Positions 48,768 to 58,531 of a stretch of DNA of 64,000 nucleotides are shown piece by piece. The DNA is taken from IMG/VR virus record IMGVR_UViG_3300035199_000659, positions 1 to 64,000 of that record; one strand, 5' to 3'. Under the pieces are notes generated by a model. That model ran no database searches. It had not been told where the DNA came from and saw nothing but the letters and a program-made list of their open reading frames with translations. The stretch is from a virus. The position numbers and the translations under genes are program-made. Each line of letters opens with the position of its first letter. The first letter of the stretch is position 1.

Positions 48768-49219
48768 TTATGGTTGCTCACGTAATCAGAACATATCCCT
48801 GCACAAAGCTGTAGATCATGTTCTGTGTATTTAATATGACTAATTTCAGGCATAACGCAAATTGACCGCGGTGTCAAGATACTGCCCGGATAGGACCAAA
48901 TAAACCCGGCTGTTGTAAGGGTGTAATAATCTGTTTGGTGCCAAAAGGCGTTGCATGCTGTGGTTTGCTGGGAAAAGGTATAGAAGGATTGGATATCTTT
49001 GGTGTGCATCCATAAATATTGAGAGCGCTCAAAAATCCAATCTGGTGAAACCTCGTACCGTGCTTCGTCATGGCCAAGATATAATCCATCTGCAAAGGTG
49101 CCTCTTATATCCACCTCTACATTATAACCACTATCAATAGCTTTGTCAACATATTCTGGATTATTTTCCATTTCTATGTTGGGTCCGTTGATATTTCCTC
49201 TGTGTGCTATTAAAATCAC
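48764..49219 (-). CDS. Glycerophosphodiester phosphodiesterase-like protein (short)
   Basis: IAHRGN, EN, VEVDI, LGHD, GICSD. Confidence 0.75.
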   Translation of the reverse strand: MILIAHRGNINGPNIEMENNPEYVDKAIDSGYNVEVDIRGTFADGLYLGHDEARYEVSPDWIFERSQYLWMHTKDIQSFYTFSQQTTACNAFWHQTDYYTLTTAGFIWSYPGSILTPRSICVMPEISHIKYTEHDLQLCAGICSDYVSNHK

Positions 49220-49911
49220 TTCTTCACCACGTATGCTGTCGGACAGATATAATTCAAAGTCTTGATTTCTACGTCTTTATCGGCAAAAAAACGGTCAGCG
49301 CCGGCTGATTCCGACCATTTGTGAAAGGCATATTCATCAAACACAACAATGCCACCCTTTACAACTCGAGCCCACATCGCTTTAAGTGCCTCATAGGTGG
49401 GAATGTCTACGTCTAAATCGACATAAAGCATCGAAATTCTAAATCCGGGGCGTTCAGCAACATATTTTGCAGCTGTTTCGGTGATATCGCCGGGCACAAG
49501 GTCAAATTCGTGCTCTTCAAAGCCACACTGCTTAACAAAATTGCCAAACAACTCGGCATGATTGTCTGAATGCTTGTAATTTCGTTGGTTAAACAGGGTA
49601 TTCATCGCCTCTTTGTCGATTCCAGAGAGGCTTTCTACAAGCTTTTCAGAGTCAAAAAAGTCAAATCCAACCACCTTTTTGCCGCTATTTGGGCATAAAA
49701 ACCGCTTAAGCTTGAGAAAAGTAAGCATTCCAGTGCCTTTGAAGACTCCGCACTCAACAATGTCGCCCGGGAGGTCTTTTACCTGTTGGGCCAACAAAGT
49801 TCTGGCTAAAAGCTTGCCAAACACCTTTGTATCGGGACTCAAGATAAACCCATTAAAGCAATCGTATAGGTTCTGTGATGTATCGATGATTTCTAGTTCT
49901 TTAAGATCCAT
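49216..49911 (-). CDS. TylF/MycF-family O-methyltransferase
   Basis: PGDIVECGVFKG, GFDFF, LYVDLD, GGIVVFDEY. Confidence 0.88.
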   Translation of the reverse strand: MDLKELEIIDTSQNLYDCFNGFILSPDTKVFGKLLARTLLAQQVKDLPGDIVECGVFKGTGMLTFLKLKRFLCPNSGKKVVGFDFFDSEKLVESLSGIDKEAMNTLFNQRNYKHSDNHAELFGNFVKQCGFEEHEFDLVPGDITETAAKYVAERPGFRISMLYVDLDVDIPTYEALKAMWARVVKGGIVVFDEYAFHKWSESAGADRFFADKDVEIKTLNYICPTAYVVKK

Positions 49912-51282
49912 CTACTTCTCATGAAATTTGTTAAAGTAATCCAAGTCTTCGGGTGTTCCGATGCCCCACATACCATCAAAGTGGAAAGTTTTGATCTTCT
50001 TGCCATCATTCACAGCCTCGTTGAAAACGGGGCACACATAAAACTCATTGTTAACTCTATTGTTGTTGGCTATCATCTGCTCGGCATACTTTACATAATC
50101 AGAACCATGTTTCCAGTAGTAAATGCCCGTTGTAGCAATATCACTAATAGGCTTCTTCTCAGCCACCTCTGTGACGAACCCTTCGGAACCAAGCTTTGCA
50201 AAACTCCACTTGGGGTGAGTCGCTGTAAACGTGAGCATGCCTCCGTCAACTTCGTCAGCTTCCATCGCATACATGAATTCGTTGCTGTCCCAGTCTAAAA
50301 ACTGATCTGAATTCGCATACAGCAAGGGTTCGTCGTTGTCAATAAACTCTTTGGCAAGAAGCGTGGTACACGCAGCGCCCTCGGTCATACCGTCGACCTG
50401 TATAATCTCACAACCGGGGGAAATGAGGCCCAACAGGTGCTTTAGGTTATATTCTTCATAGTGTGATTTTTGAACCACGAAGATGTGTCGTGCATCAATA
50501 TTTAAATTTTCAACGACAACTTGAATCATTGGCTTTCCGTTCACCTCGATAAGGGGTTTGGGAAAGGTATATCCGGCTTTTTGAAAGCGTGAGCCGGCGC
50601 CAGCCATGGGGATTAAAACGTTCATACCACCTCCTTGCCATTTGGGTCTTGTGTTTTCTTGTCCGTCTGCTTTTTTAATTGTACTCTTGATCTTCTCATA
50701 TGTAACATCACTGCTGTTTTTCACCCCGCACAAATGTGCGCCGCTGCGAAGGGCAGCCTTGCGGCCGTGGTGGGAATCTTCCACAATTAAAGTCTCGTCG
50801 GGCTCTACTCCGACTCGCAACATACAGCGCATGTATATTTCAGCGCTTGGTTTTGGTTTGCTTACATCTTGGTTAGAATACATAAAGTCAAGATGTTCAA
50901 AAAAGCCGCGCCGAATTAGCTGCAGTTTCGCTGTTTCTCTAATTGAGTTTGTGGCGCATGCCAGTGTATACCCCTCCGACTTTAGTTTCTTCAGCAGTTG
51001 AACGATTCTGCGATCAATTGTAAAATTATCAATTATCTCAGTTGTCTTTTTTTGTTTTAGTTTCCACACTGCATTGTGAAGGTCTTTTGGCAGGTGTCTA
51101 GTTTTTGTTAACATTTGAAGCTTTTTCGTAGTTGATAGCCCATCAAATGTAGAAAGGTGCTCCTCTCTTCCAATTACATACTTTTCGTCGACATCACCCA
51201 AAGCCTCGTTCAAAGCCTCGTAATGCAACTCGCGTGCGTCGACTAACACGCCATCTAAATCAAATACAACTAATTTAATCAT
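49912..51282 (-). CDS. HAD phosphatase fused to a sugar nucleotidyltransferase (GT-A fold)
   Basis: FDLDGVL, KP, VEDS; then IPMAGAGSRF...PKPLI, TEGAA, NSDQ, GTPEDL. ATG at 51282 (MIKLVV). Confidence 0.88.
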   Translation of the reverse strand: MIKLVVFDLDGVLVDARELHYEALNEALGDVDEKYVIGREEHLSTFDGLSTTKKLQMLTKTRHLPKDLHNAVWKLKQKKTTEIIDNFTIDRRIVQLLKKLKSEGYTLACATNSIRETAKLQLIRRGFFEHLDFMYSNQDVSKPKPSAEIYMRCMLRVGVEPDETLIVEDSHHGRKAALRSGAHLCGVKNSSDVTYEKIKSTIKKADGQENTRPKWQGGGMNVLIPMAGAGSRFQKAGYTFPKPLIEVNGKPMIQVVVENLNIDARHIFVVQKSHYEEYNLKHLLGLISPGCEIIQVDGMTEGAACTTLLAKEFIDNDEPLLYANSDQFLDWDSNEFMYAMEADEVDGGMLTFTATHPKWSFAKLGSEGFVTEVAEKKPISDIATTGIYYWKHGSDYVKYAEQMIANNNRVNNEFYVCPVFNEAVNDGKKIKTFHFDGMWGIGTPEDLDYFNKFHEK

Positions 51283-52204
51283 TTCTAAATTTTTCTCCAC
51301 TCTTAAACGGGTGAACATCGATATCAGAACACTTGTTGGCATCAAGCCAATAGTCGCCCGGGCGCCAGCCTACATAATTCTTGTCCTTCAATTCGATATC
51401 CTTTTCAAAATAATAATACTGCACAAAGCTTGGCACGTGTGGTGGACTGGGCGGGTTATCTACAAAATCTTTTGACCAGCGAGTAAGCCAACCATAATAA
51501 CTTGGCTGCTCCTTCCACGTGTCTTTCCATTTCCAATAAAATATCTGGGATGTGTGATACCAACCTTCCTTAGCATTATCGTTACTCTTCATCTCTCGCC
51601 ACGTGGCCTCTCCACCTTGATATTCAGAGGTATCTAACTCCAAAGCATCCTTCTCATTTAATAGTCTACCATGAACCCTGTCATTTATTAAGGACTTATC
51701 TTTATTGTGAATGAGTGCTCTGATGTAGTAATCTGCTTCTTTGTTGGCCGGCGTAACAAAACGTTCGTCCCACATACCAATCTTCTTGACTGCTTCGGGT
51801 CGATAACTTACTATATTGTCTCCTAGCTGGCCGGTGATGAATGTATATTTCTTGTGCATTTTCAACAAGTTGGTAGCCCAGTTAGAACTAAGAACTATGT
51901 CATTTTGCATTGTAGCAACAATTTTAGTATCAGGATTGTTTAAGTCTTTAAAACCATGTAAAAGGGCTTCGTTCCAGTTTCTCGCCAGATTGCCAGTGTC
52001 CCAGTCGGGTCGAGTGCTGTTATGTATTACATTGACTTTATCGACAAATTGCTCATCTAAGTGAAATTCAGAATGGTTATTGATAACGTTTACTTCGGTA
52101 TCAGGAATATTTGCAAAATCTGTTTTGTTAAATAATGTATCTAAAGTTTTGTTTAATATATCAGTGCGTCTATATGTGACGATAAAGACTTTCATATTTT
52201 TCAT
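51275..52204 (-). CDS. Glycosyltransferase, GT-A/GT2-like
   Basis: VFIVTYRR, VINN, LARNWN, QND, KKIGMWDERF...EADYYIR. Confidence 0.7.
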   Translation of the reverse strand: MKNMKVFIVTYRRTDILNKTLDTLFNKTDFANIPDTEVNVINNHSEFHLDEQFVDKVNVIHNSTRPDWDTGNLARNWNEALLHGFKDLNNPDTKIVATMQNDIVLSSNWATNLLKMHKKYTFITGQLGDNIVSYRPEAVKKIGMWDERFVTPANKEADYYIRALIHNKDKSLINDRVHGRLLNEKDALELDTSEYQGGEATWREMKSNDNAKEGWYHTSQIFYWKWKDTWKEQPSYYGWLTRWSKDFVDNPPSPPHVPSFVQYYYFEKDIELKDKNYVGWRPGDYWLDANKCSDIDVHPFKSGEKFRND

Positions 52205-53023
52205 TTATTGTCCTCGCTCGATTTTTCGCGGTATAAAGACGTGATATTCGATGAGACCGTCGAAAGCCTTAATCAGTCTCGGATCATAATCTACATTATA
52301 TTTTGAAACTATATCCCACACGTCTTTAAATGTTACACCACCAAATGATTTATCAACATGAACTTCTAAGAAGATAGTAGGCTTAAATTTTTCTAAAAAC
52401 TTTTGGGCGCCGCGCATCACCGCAGCCTCAGCGCCCTCAACGTCAATCTTTACCACATCTACTTTTGCATAATCTTTTATATAATCATCTAAAGTAGTAG
52501 AGGCATAAGAAATATCCACTGCATGGCGATTTGGAAGTTCAATACCACCGCATCGGCTGCTACCGGCTCCGCCTTGGGTATCTGGACACATGTAATGTCG
52601 CAGATCAATTTTCTGCCCTGTTGTATCTGATAAAACTGATTCATAAATATCAATGTTTATCTTATCTTTATCTCTCTGAAAGTGTTCAATATAAAAGTCT
52701 GCGTTCTGTTTGAATCTTTCATTTCGGGGGCGGTCGGGCTCGAAGGCCACGATGGTAGCCTTATGGCAAAACTCTATAACTGAACAAGAATAACAGCCTT
52801 CGGCGGCGCCCACATCAAAAAATACTAACTCATCCAGAATCATTGACATGCCCTTGATTTGTTTTCGAAAGGTTTGGTACATTTCTTCAGGATGATTGGC
52901 GGCATCCCAGCGCCACTCTTTTGATGTGTCTAAGCACTCTTGCGTCTTAACGCGAATCTGCTCTGGCGTAAAATACTTCTCATATTGTTTGGGTCGCAGC
53001 ATGTGTGTGGTTTTTTTAATCAT
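52205..53023 (-). CDS. FkbM-family methyltransferase
   Basis: FFDVGAAEG, AFEP, TTLDD, VKIDVEGAE, PTIFLEVH. Confidence 0.9.
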   Translation of the reverse strand: MIKKTTHMLRPKQYEKYFTPEQIRVKTQECLDTSKEWRWDAANHPEEMYQTFRKQIKGMSMILDELVFFDVGAAEGCYSCSVIEFCHKATIVAFEPDRPRNERFKQNADFYIEHFQRDKDKINIDIYESVLSDTTGQKIDLRHYMCPDTQGGAGSSRCGGIELPNRHAVDISYASTTLDDYIKDYAKVDVVKIDVEGAEAAVMRGAQKFLEKFKPTIFLEVHVDKSFGGVTFKDVWDIVSKYNVDYDPRLIKAFDGLIEYHVFIPRKIERGQ

Positions 53024-53688
53024 TCTTTCCTCATTTTCTCGTATAAAAATTCTGCCAGCATAAACTCATATTCGGTATCAACGTCGATGGCTTCGACTTC
53101 ATCCAACATATACGCATAAAAGTTGTCACCTAAGATGTTCTTGTTTTTGATCATCAACTCTCGTGGTAAGATGTTTACTGCAAAGTTAAGTGCATAAATG
53201 TTCGGCAAGTCTTGTGAGCGGGGATGATTCTTGGGGTCGTAATTGATGGCTTTGTTGTCGAGCCACATATATTCTTTAATAAGGTTAGTGGTGACAACTG
53301 AGTCGTGGTCGCCTCTGTGCTTATAAACATTTATGCAGTCTTGCATAGTCTGATCGGTGACCAGTGGGCTTGTTACCGGCGTCCACATTACATCTTGACA
53401 GTCTAATGACGATGCAAGGTGAACATATACATCCCCCATGGGCACTGTGTCAGTCGCATAATATGGCTCTCTATCCATTGGTGTGGCACCTAAACGATAT
53501 GCTGTCTCCAGCATGTCTTCGTCATCCGACGTTACTACCACGCCCGTGACATCCTCAAGCCTCATCGCTTGTTGTACTTTCAGTTCCAACATAGAAGAGC
53601 CACAGAAGGGCCTCACATTCTTACGAGGAACGCGCTTAGAGCCGCCTCTGACGGCTATTAAAATATTAATGTCTATATCACGGCTCAT
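53020..53688 (-). CDS. neuA: Acylneuraminate cytidylyltransferase (CMP-ulosonate synthetase)
   Basis: AVRGGSKRVPRKN, VTSDD, TSPL, PRSQDLP, AIDVDTEYEF. Confidence 0.88.
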   Translation of the reverse strand: MSRDIDINILIAVRGGSKRVPRKNVRPFCGSSMLELKVQQAMRLEDVTGVVVTSDDEDMLETAYRLGATPMDREPYYATDTVPMGDVYVHLASSLDCQDVMWTPVTSPLVTDQTMQDCINVYKHRGDHDSVVTTNLIKEYMWLDNKAINYDPKNHPRSQDLPNIYALNFAVNILPRELMIKNKNILGDNFYAYMLDEVEAIDVDTEYEFMLAEFLYEKMRKE

Positions 53689-54410
53689 TAGAATTGTCCT
53701 CCGTTCACATCGAGCGCAGTGCCAGTTATGTATGACGCCCCATCAGAACATAAAAACAAAATAGGAAGTGCCTGCTCGGTAGTCGAAGCAATTCGGCGGA
53801 TTGGTATCTTTTCTGCTAAATCGTATAATTGCTCTTCAGTCATAGATTCAGCCAACATTTCCGTCAAAGTTTGACTTGGGCACACACAATTTACCAAGAT
53901 ATTGTGCTGTGAGACTTCGTTTGCCAGCTGTTTTGTCAGTCCAATGATTCCGTATTTGCTGGATGTGTAATGAACGCCGCTCACGATGCTCTTTGAGCGG
54001 CCGGCGATGGAAGACACATTGACGATCCTGCCGCCGGTGGTCTTCATTTGCTCAACTGCTCTTTTGCAAATCATAAAAAACGATCTCAAGTTTGTATTCA
54101 TCAGGCGATCCCATTCCCATAAATCAATATTTTCAATTGGTTCACACAAATTTGTTCCGGCGACGTTTATAACAAAATCCACTTTTTCCACTGTATTGAA
54201 TACTTTGTGGATATCGCATGGGAAGGAAATGTCACAGCATATGTGCTCTACGCCTTCCAGTTCCGGGGCAGTCCGAGAAGCACAATATACCTTGGCGCCG
54301 GAAGCTTGGAACTGGCGACATGTCTCTCTGCCAATTCCGCGGCTTCCGCCGAACACTACAACTGTTTTGTCGCTGAAATCATATTTAAGGTTACTCGTCT
54401 TCATAGACAT
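53688..54410 (-). CDS. Classical SDR oxidoreductase (FabG-like)
   Basis: GGSRGIG, NVAG, NVSS, YTSSK, VNCVCP, LDVNGG. Confidence 0.9.
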   Translation of the reverse strand: MSMKTSNLKYDFSDKTVVVFGGSRGIGRETCRQFQASGAKVYCASRTAPELEGVEHICCDISFPCDIHKVFNTVEKVDFVINVAGTNLCEPIENIDLWEWDRLMNTNLRSFFMICKRAVEQMKTTGGRIVNVSSIAGRSKSIVSGVHYTSSKYGIIGLTKQLANEVSQHNILVNCVCPSQTLTEMLAESMTEEQLYDLAEKIPIRRIASTTEQALPILFLCSDGASYITGTALDVNGGQF

Positions 54411-54822
54411 GGTCCACGTCCGGCCTTGTTATGGCATAGCGTACGCCCGGCGAATCACCAACACAAGTAATTTTGTGCCAAACACCCTTTGGCACAACTA
54501 CGATGTCATTCGTTCTAACTGTTCTTGTTCCAACGCCTTCGATCCACCACTCCCACTCTCCATCAAGAATAACCCAGTTCTCATCGGCGTCATGATGAAA
54601 GTGTTTTCGATTTCCTTCCCCGGGGTGTTGCTGGATAACCACACCGCCAAAAAGTTCATTGTAGGCAATGCGGACAGCCCACGACCCCATTCCAAGGTCT
54701 GCGCGCAACTCTTCTAAATTGACAGTAGAGCAGTTTTCATACTTTTCAAGCTCAGATACCGGAACGCCGTCCTTCTCTAAAACGCTTATAAGATCGCTGT
54801 CTGATTTTGTTTTTATTCCCAC
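54391..54822 (-). CDS. Cupin-domain protein
   Basis: HFHHDADENWVILDG ... VPKGVWH. Confidence 0.85.
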   Translation of the reverse strand: MGIKTKSDSDLISVLEKDGVPVSELEKYENCSTVNLEELRADLGMGSWAVRIAYNELFGGVVIQQHPGEGNRKHFHHDADENWVILDGEWEWWIEGVGTRTVRTNDIVVVPKGVWHKITCVGDSPGVRYAITRPDVDHVYEDE

Positions 54823-56720
54823 TATCTTGTCTCGTTCTTAAATTTTGGCAATTTCATAAATTTTTGCAATCTTTCTTCCATTTGATTTGAATATAACATG
54901 TTCATAACCGTACTGTCAAGTTTAAAACGCTCATCTTTCAATAAAACATTAATGCAATGCATCATTTGTGATAATTGGTCATGCAAGATCTTGTCAGGGC
55001 CGTTAGGGGTGCCTGATTTGCCATAGGTGTCAGTATATGACTTGTCATACTTTTGTTCATCAGTTTGGGGAATACCGGTGTTATAGAAATCAACACCGAA
55101 AACAGCCAATTCTTTAATTGGATATCGCATTAAATAGTTCAGTGCGCCATAGCCAGAATTAAAATTTGCTGTATATTGAGTGTAATTTTTATGGTTAAAA
55201 TTCTCGATGTGCTGCTTGGGGTATACTTGCCAATATAACGCCCAGCGATCCCATGTATCGTCTTCATTTTTTAAATGGGCAAAGGGAATATTTAATTCTT
55301 CGAAAGTTTGTGCGTATATTTCGTCAACAAAAGCCCACGTTCCATCTTGCTTAAGCTGGCTAGCCGTATCATTACAAATAATAAATCTAGGGCGCTCTTC
55401 GGGCGGAGTCGACATCAAATGTTTGACTAGGGGGGGTCCGTAATTAGAATTCAAACAGCTTTGAACTATGTCGGTTCTACTGCCATAATCTGCTTCGTTG
55501 GGGATCCCATGTTGAATTCTAACCACCACATCGTAGGAATCAATTTTGGGGCCCATGCCAGAACCACCAAGGTACGGGGCGGGGCCCACAAACGCAACTT
55601 TGGCTCCATCTAAGTACTCAGCAAGTGATGCGTCGGTATTGCACGCATTGTGGAAATACGAAGGATGTGGGCCCATCTGTTGATATACTTCTACACATTC
55701 GTTAGCCTCAAGTTGGCGTTCGTTGGTTATCTTTTCGTTAATTTGGCCAGCAATGTCGAGCCATGGGTTTGTTTGTTTCTTAAAATCATTGAATGTCAGT
55801 GTTTTGAGGTGTTCCTCGGCCATAGCACGCGAAGCAGGGCTAATTGGGGACATTTGGCTTTCGGGACTCAAATCTATATTATTAAACCTTTCATGACTTA
55901 AGTCAAAAAATCGCGCTAATGCTTCAGTGTCCATATAGTTTTCGCGCTTTTCGGACGAAGATGGGCCCAAGCCGCTTCCTAATATTAAATTTATAAAGGC
56001 ATTTTTGACCAGCAAAGAATCTCTTAAGTTCGGGGCTTGTGCGGAAGTGGCTACAACCCCCATTTTTTTAAAGGCCGGCAGGATCCAAGTCCACATCTCG
56101 TCCATTCTATATTTATTCCATGCGCCATTTTGATTATGCGGCGCTTCTTCATCTGTATTCCCGTTGTCATAAACCATTTGGTGGCTACATACCACGTTTT
56201 TTAGGAATGGAATCTCTAGAATGTTAAACAGGTGGCATGCTTCTACTCCGCCGCCAAAGCGCGTTACCATCGGAAAAAACCAACTCATCAAGCTATGATG
56301 TACCACTTTCATCCCACAATGACTGAACGGGAGAATAGATGCGCTCTTGCTGTCGCGATATTCAATATTTTGGGCAAATGGTGTTATCATCCCATTGCCG
56401 GGATAATATGTCAACACGGCCGGCTCATAGGTCTGCAAGTCTTGTAATATTTGTTCTCTTGGGTTTAGTTCTCCAAGCGGTCTAAAATTGTAGTCATAAT
56501 CCACAAACGCATAGTATTCATAATGTTTTGGGACCTGTGCTGCAAGGATATTGCGTGTATCAGTCCATGTTGTGTTCGGGCAGAATTTAAGAGCGTCTTT
56601 GTTGGGTCCATCGTGCGTAACAAAGAAAAAGTCGCAATCTTCCTGTTTAGCAAACAACTCGACATGCTCCGGGTTGGGTGCAATAGGTGTCACCTGCAAT
56701 ACGCAAAATCTTTTAGTCAT
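54822..56720 (-). CDS. Two-domain glycosyltransferase with a GT29 (sialyltransferase)-like C-domain
   Basis: VAFVGPAPYLGGSGMGPKIDSYDVVVRI resembles sialylmotif L; NSGYGALNYL...LAVFGVDFY resembles motif S; the N-domain has a GT-A-like FVDYD. Confidence 0.65.
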   Translation of the reverse strand: MTKRFCVLQVTPIAPNPEHVELFAKQEDCDFFFVTHDGPNKDALKFCPNTTWTDTRNILAAQVPKHYEYYAFVDYDYNFRPLGELNPREQILQDLQTYEPAVLTYYPGNGMITPFAQNIEYRDSKSASILPFSHCGMKVVHHSLMSWFFPMVTRFGGGVEACHLFNILEIPFLKNVVCSHQMVYDNGNTDEEAPHNQNGAWNKYRMDEMWTWILPAFKKMGVVATSAQAPNLRDSLLVKNAFINLILGSGLGPSSSEKRENYMDTEALARFFDLSHERFNNIDLSPESQMSPISPASRAMAEEHLKTLTFNDFKKQTNPWLDIAGQINEKITNERQLEANECVEVYQQMGPHPSYFHNACNTDASLAEYLDGAKVAFVGPAPYLGGSGMGPKIDSYDVVVRIQHGIPNEADYGSRTDIVQSCLNSNYGPPLVKHLMSTPPEERPRFIICNDTASQLKQDGTWAFVDEIYAQTFEELNIPFAHLKNEDDTWDRWALYWQVYPKQHIENFNHKNYTQYTANFNSGYGALNYLMRYPIKELAVFGVDFYNTGIPQTDEQKYDKSYTDTYGKSGTPNGPDKILHDQLSQMMHCINVLLKDERFKLDSTVMNMLYSNQMEERLQKFMKLPKFKNETR

Positions 56721-56988
56721 CTGTAGGCTCCCATAATTTTATCTGTACTGGGTGAGTGGCGCGAGTAAAAGGCTCTAATTCTACTTCTTCAAATATCATC
56801 GTGTCGCTGTGTTTTGTACGATAAACTGTGTAGTTAGCATACGGGCGGCCCATCCAAGCTAAGTTGAAATCCCTTTTCTCAACCACGACACCGTCGCCCA
56901 CATCTCTCAGCATAAACCCATCTGCGTATCGTTCATGCCAGCGAACTAAGTCGCCGGGCTTATATTTAATTACAGTTCTCTCTGCCAT
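56713..56988 (-). CDS. Hypothetical small SH3/KOW-like protein
   Basis: KPGDLVRW...GVVVE...YTVY; overlaps both neighbours. Confidence 0.55.
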   Translation of the reverse strand: MAERTVIKYKPGDLVRWHERYADGFMLRDVGDGVVVEKRDFNLAWMGRPYANYTVYRTKHSDTMIFEEVELEPFTRATHPVQIKLWEPTDD

Positions 56989-57944
56989 CTCTCAATCATT
57001 TCCTCTAGCATAGATTCAAAAGTATATTCAGGCTTCCAGCCTAATACCTCGTGCGACTTGGAAGGGTCTCCCTTGAGGTATTTTAACTCTTCTGGTCGCA
57101 TATACTTTGGATTCTGGACAATATAGTCCTCATAATTCATATTAAGCTTGTTGAAAACTGTCTCACACAAATCTCGCACAGAGTGAGTTTCACCGGTGGC
57201 CACAATGAACTCATCTGCCTCATCGTGGTTCACGATCATGTGCATTGCGCGAACATAATCTTTCGAATGTCCCCAATCTCTATAAGAGTCCATGTTTCCT
57301 AATTCAAGCTTGTCTTGTAGCCCTTTCTGAATTGCGACGGCGCCTTTCACGACTTTGTTAGTGACAAAGTTGGAGCCTCGTCGGGGAGACTCATGGTTGA
57401 ACAGGATTCCATTACATGCATGTAGTTTATATGCATGTCGGTAATGCCGAACGAGGTTATATCCCATCACTTTGGCGCAGCCATAAGGACTAACCGGGTT
57501 CATCGGTGTAGTTAAGCGCTGGCTGCCATCATCATCAACCGAATTTCCAAACATCTCTGAGGAACTAGCTTGATAAAATTTAGCATCTGGTGTAGACGTG
57601 CGATATACTTCGAGCATGTTCAATACGCCCAACGCATTCGTTTGAATGGTGAAGGAGGGCATGTCATAGCTAATCCGGACGTGACTCATGGCGCCTAAAT
57701 TATAAATTTCATCGGGGTTGACTTCGTTGACAATTCGCATGAGAGAGGGATAATCCAACAAATCCCCGTAATAAGTGTGAACATTTTCGTTCAAATTTAA
57801 CTTGTGTAATCTGTGGTTCTGGTTTTCTGCTACAGAGTGACGGCGAATAATGCCGTGGACCTCATATCCCAAGGATAAAAGGTATTCGGTTAAATAGCTG
57901 CCGTCTTGACCGGCGATACCGGTAATCAAAGCTTTCTTGGTCAT
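56970..57944 (-). CDS. gmd: GDP-mannose 4,6-dehydratase
   Basis: ALITGIAGQDGSYL, YNLGAMSHV, FYQASSSEMFG, SPYGCAK, GILFNHESPRRG, RDWGH. Confidence 0.96.
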   Translation of the reverse strand: MTKKALITGIAGQDGSYLTEYLLSLGYEVHGIIRRHSVAENQNHRLHKLNLNENVHTYYGDLLDYPSLMRIVNEVNPDEIYNLGAMSHVRISYDMPSFTIQTNALGVLNMLEVYRTSTPDAKFYQASSSEMFGNSVDDDGSQRLTTPMNPVSPYGCAKVMGYNLVRHYRHAYKLHACNGILFNHESPRRGSNFVTNKVVKGAVAIQKGLQDKLELGNMDSYRDWGHSKDYVRAMHMIVNHDEADEFIVATGETHSVRDLCETVFNKLNMNYEDYIVQNPKYMRPEELKYLKGDPSKSHEVLGWKPEYTFESMLEEMIERWQREL

Positions 57945-58531
57945 TTAAAAATCTCCATCTGTGTTAAATCTGGCCAATCCGAAACAACCCACTGCTTCGG
58001 TTCTGTTTTGATTGCATCGGGGAGCTTCTTTGTTCCCAATTCAGCAATCTCTGGTGTCATGTAATAATGGTAGCCCATTGTTTCAATATTCTGTTCTCGC
58101 CATGGCGCGATCGGGTCTCTGCCGTCGTAGGCCATTTTTCTCAGTCGGGTGGCCGCTTTGCTGCTGTCGGTGAGGATCATGCCGCCGCGGCCTAGGCTAA
58201 GATGTTTTCTAAATTGAAAACTCAAGCACATAAATGTATCAGGCAAATACGAGTCTTTCTTCCATAATACCGCGGCATCGACAATATTTGTACCCCCAAG
58301 ATAATAAAAGTCAGCCCAGTCTTCATCGCGCCAGTCAAAATCAATATTTAATTTCTTAGCAAGAAACGGTACCGATATATATGTTCGCTTTGGGGTGCTA
58401 TACCATTGTGTATTTTGGTCTCGCAAACACAACTCAATTGCGTGGGTACAGCAATCTGTGGCTACTGCGTGTGGGGCGCCAAAGAAGGTCGCTACTTGCC
58501 TTTCAAAGTTTTCTACTGCCTGAAAGCTCAT
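57941..58531 (-). CDS. DegT/DnrJ/EryC1/StrS aminotransferase, unusually short (~196 aa)
   Basis: FERQVA...HAVA...THAIEL, DAA, SFQFRKHL..GRGGMILT (PLP Lys), GYHYYM. ATG at 58531 overlaps the upstream stop. Confidence 0.8.
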   Translation of the reverse strand: MSFQAVENFERQVATFFGAPHAVATDCCTHAIELCLRDQNTQWYSTPKRTYISVPFLAKKLNIDFDWRDEDWADFYYLGGTNIVDAAVLWKKDSYLPDTFMCLSFQFRKHLSLGRGGMILTDSSKAATRLRKMAYDGRDPIAPWREQNIETMGYHYYMTPEIAELGTKKLPDAIKTEPKQWVVSDWPDLTQMEIFK

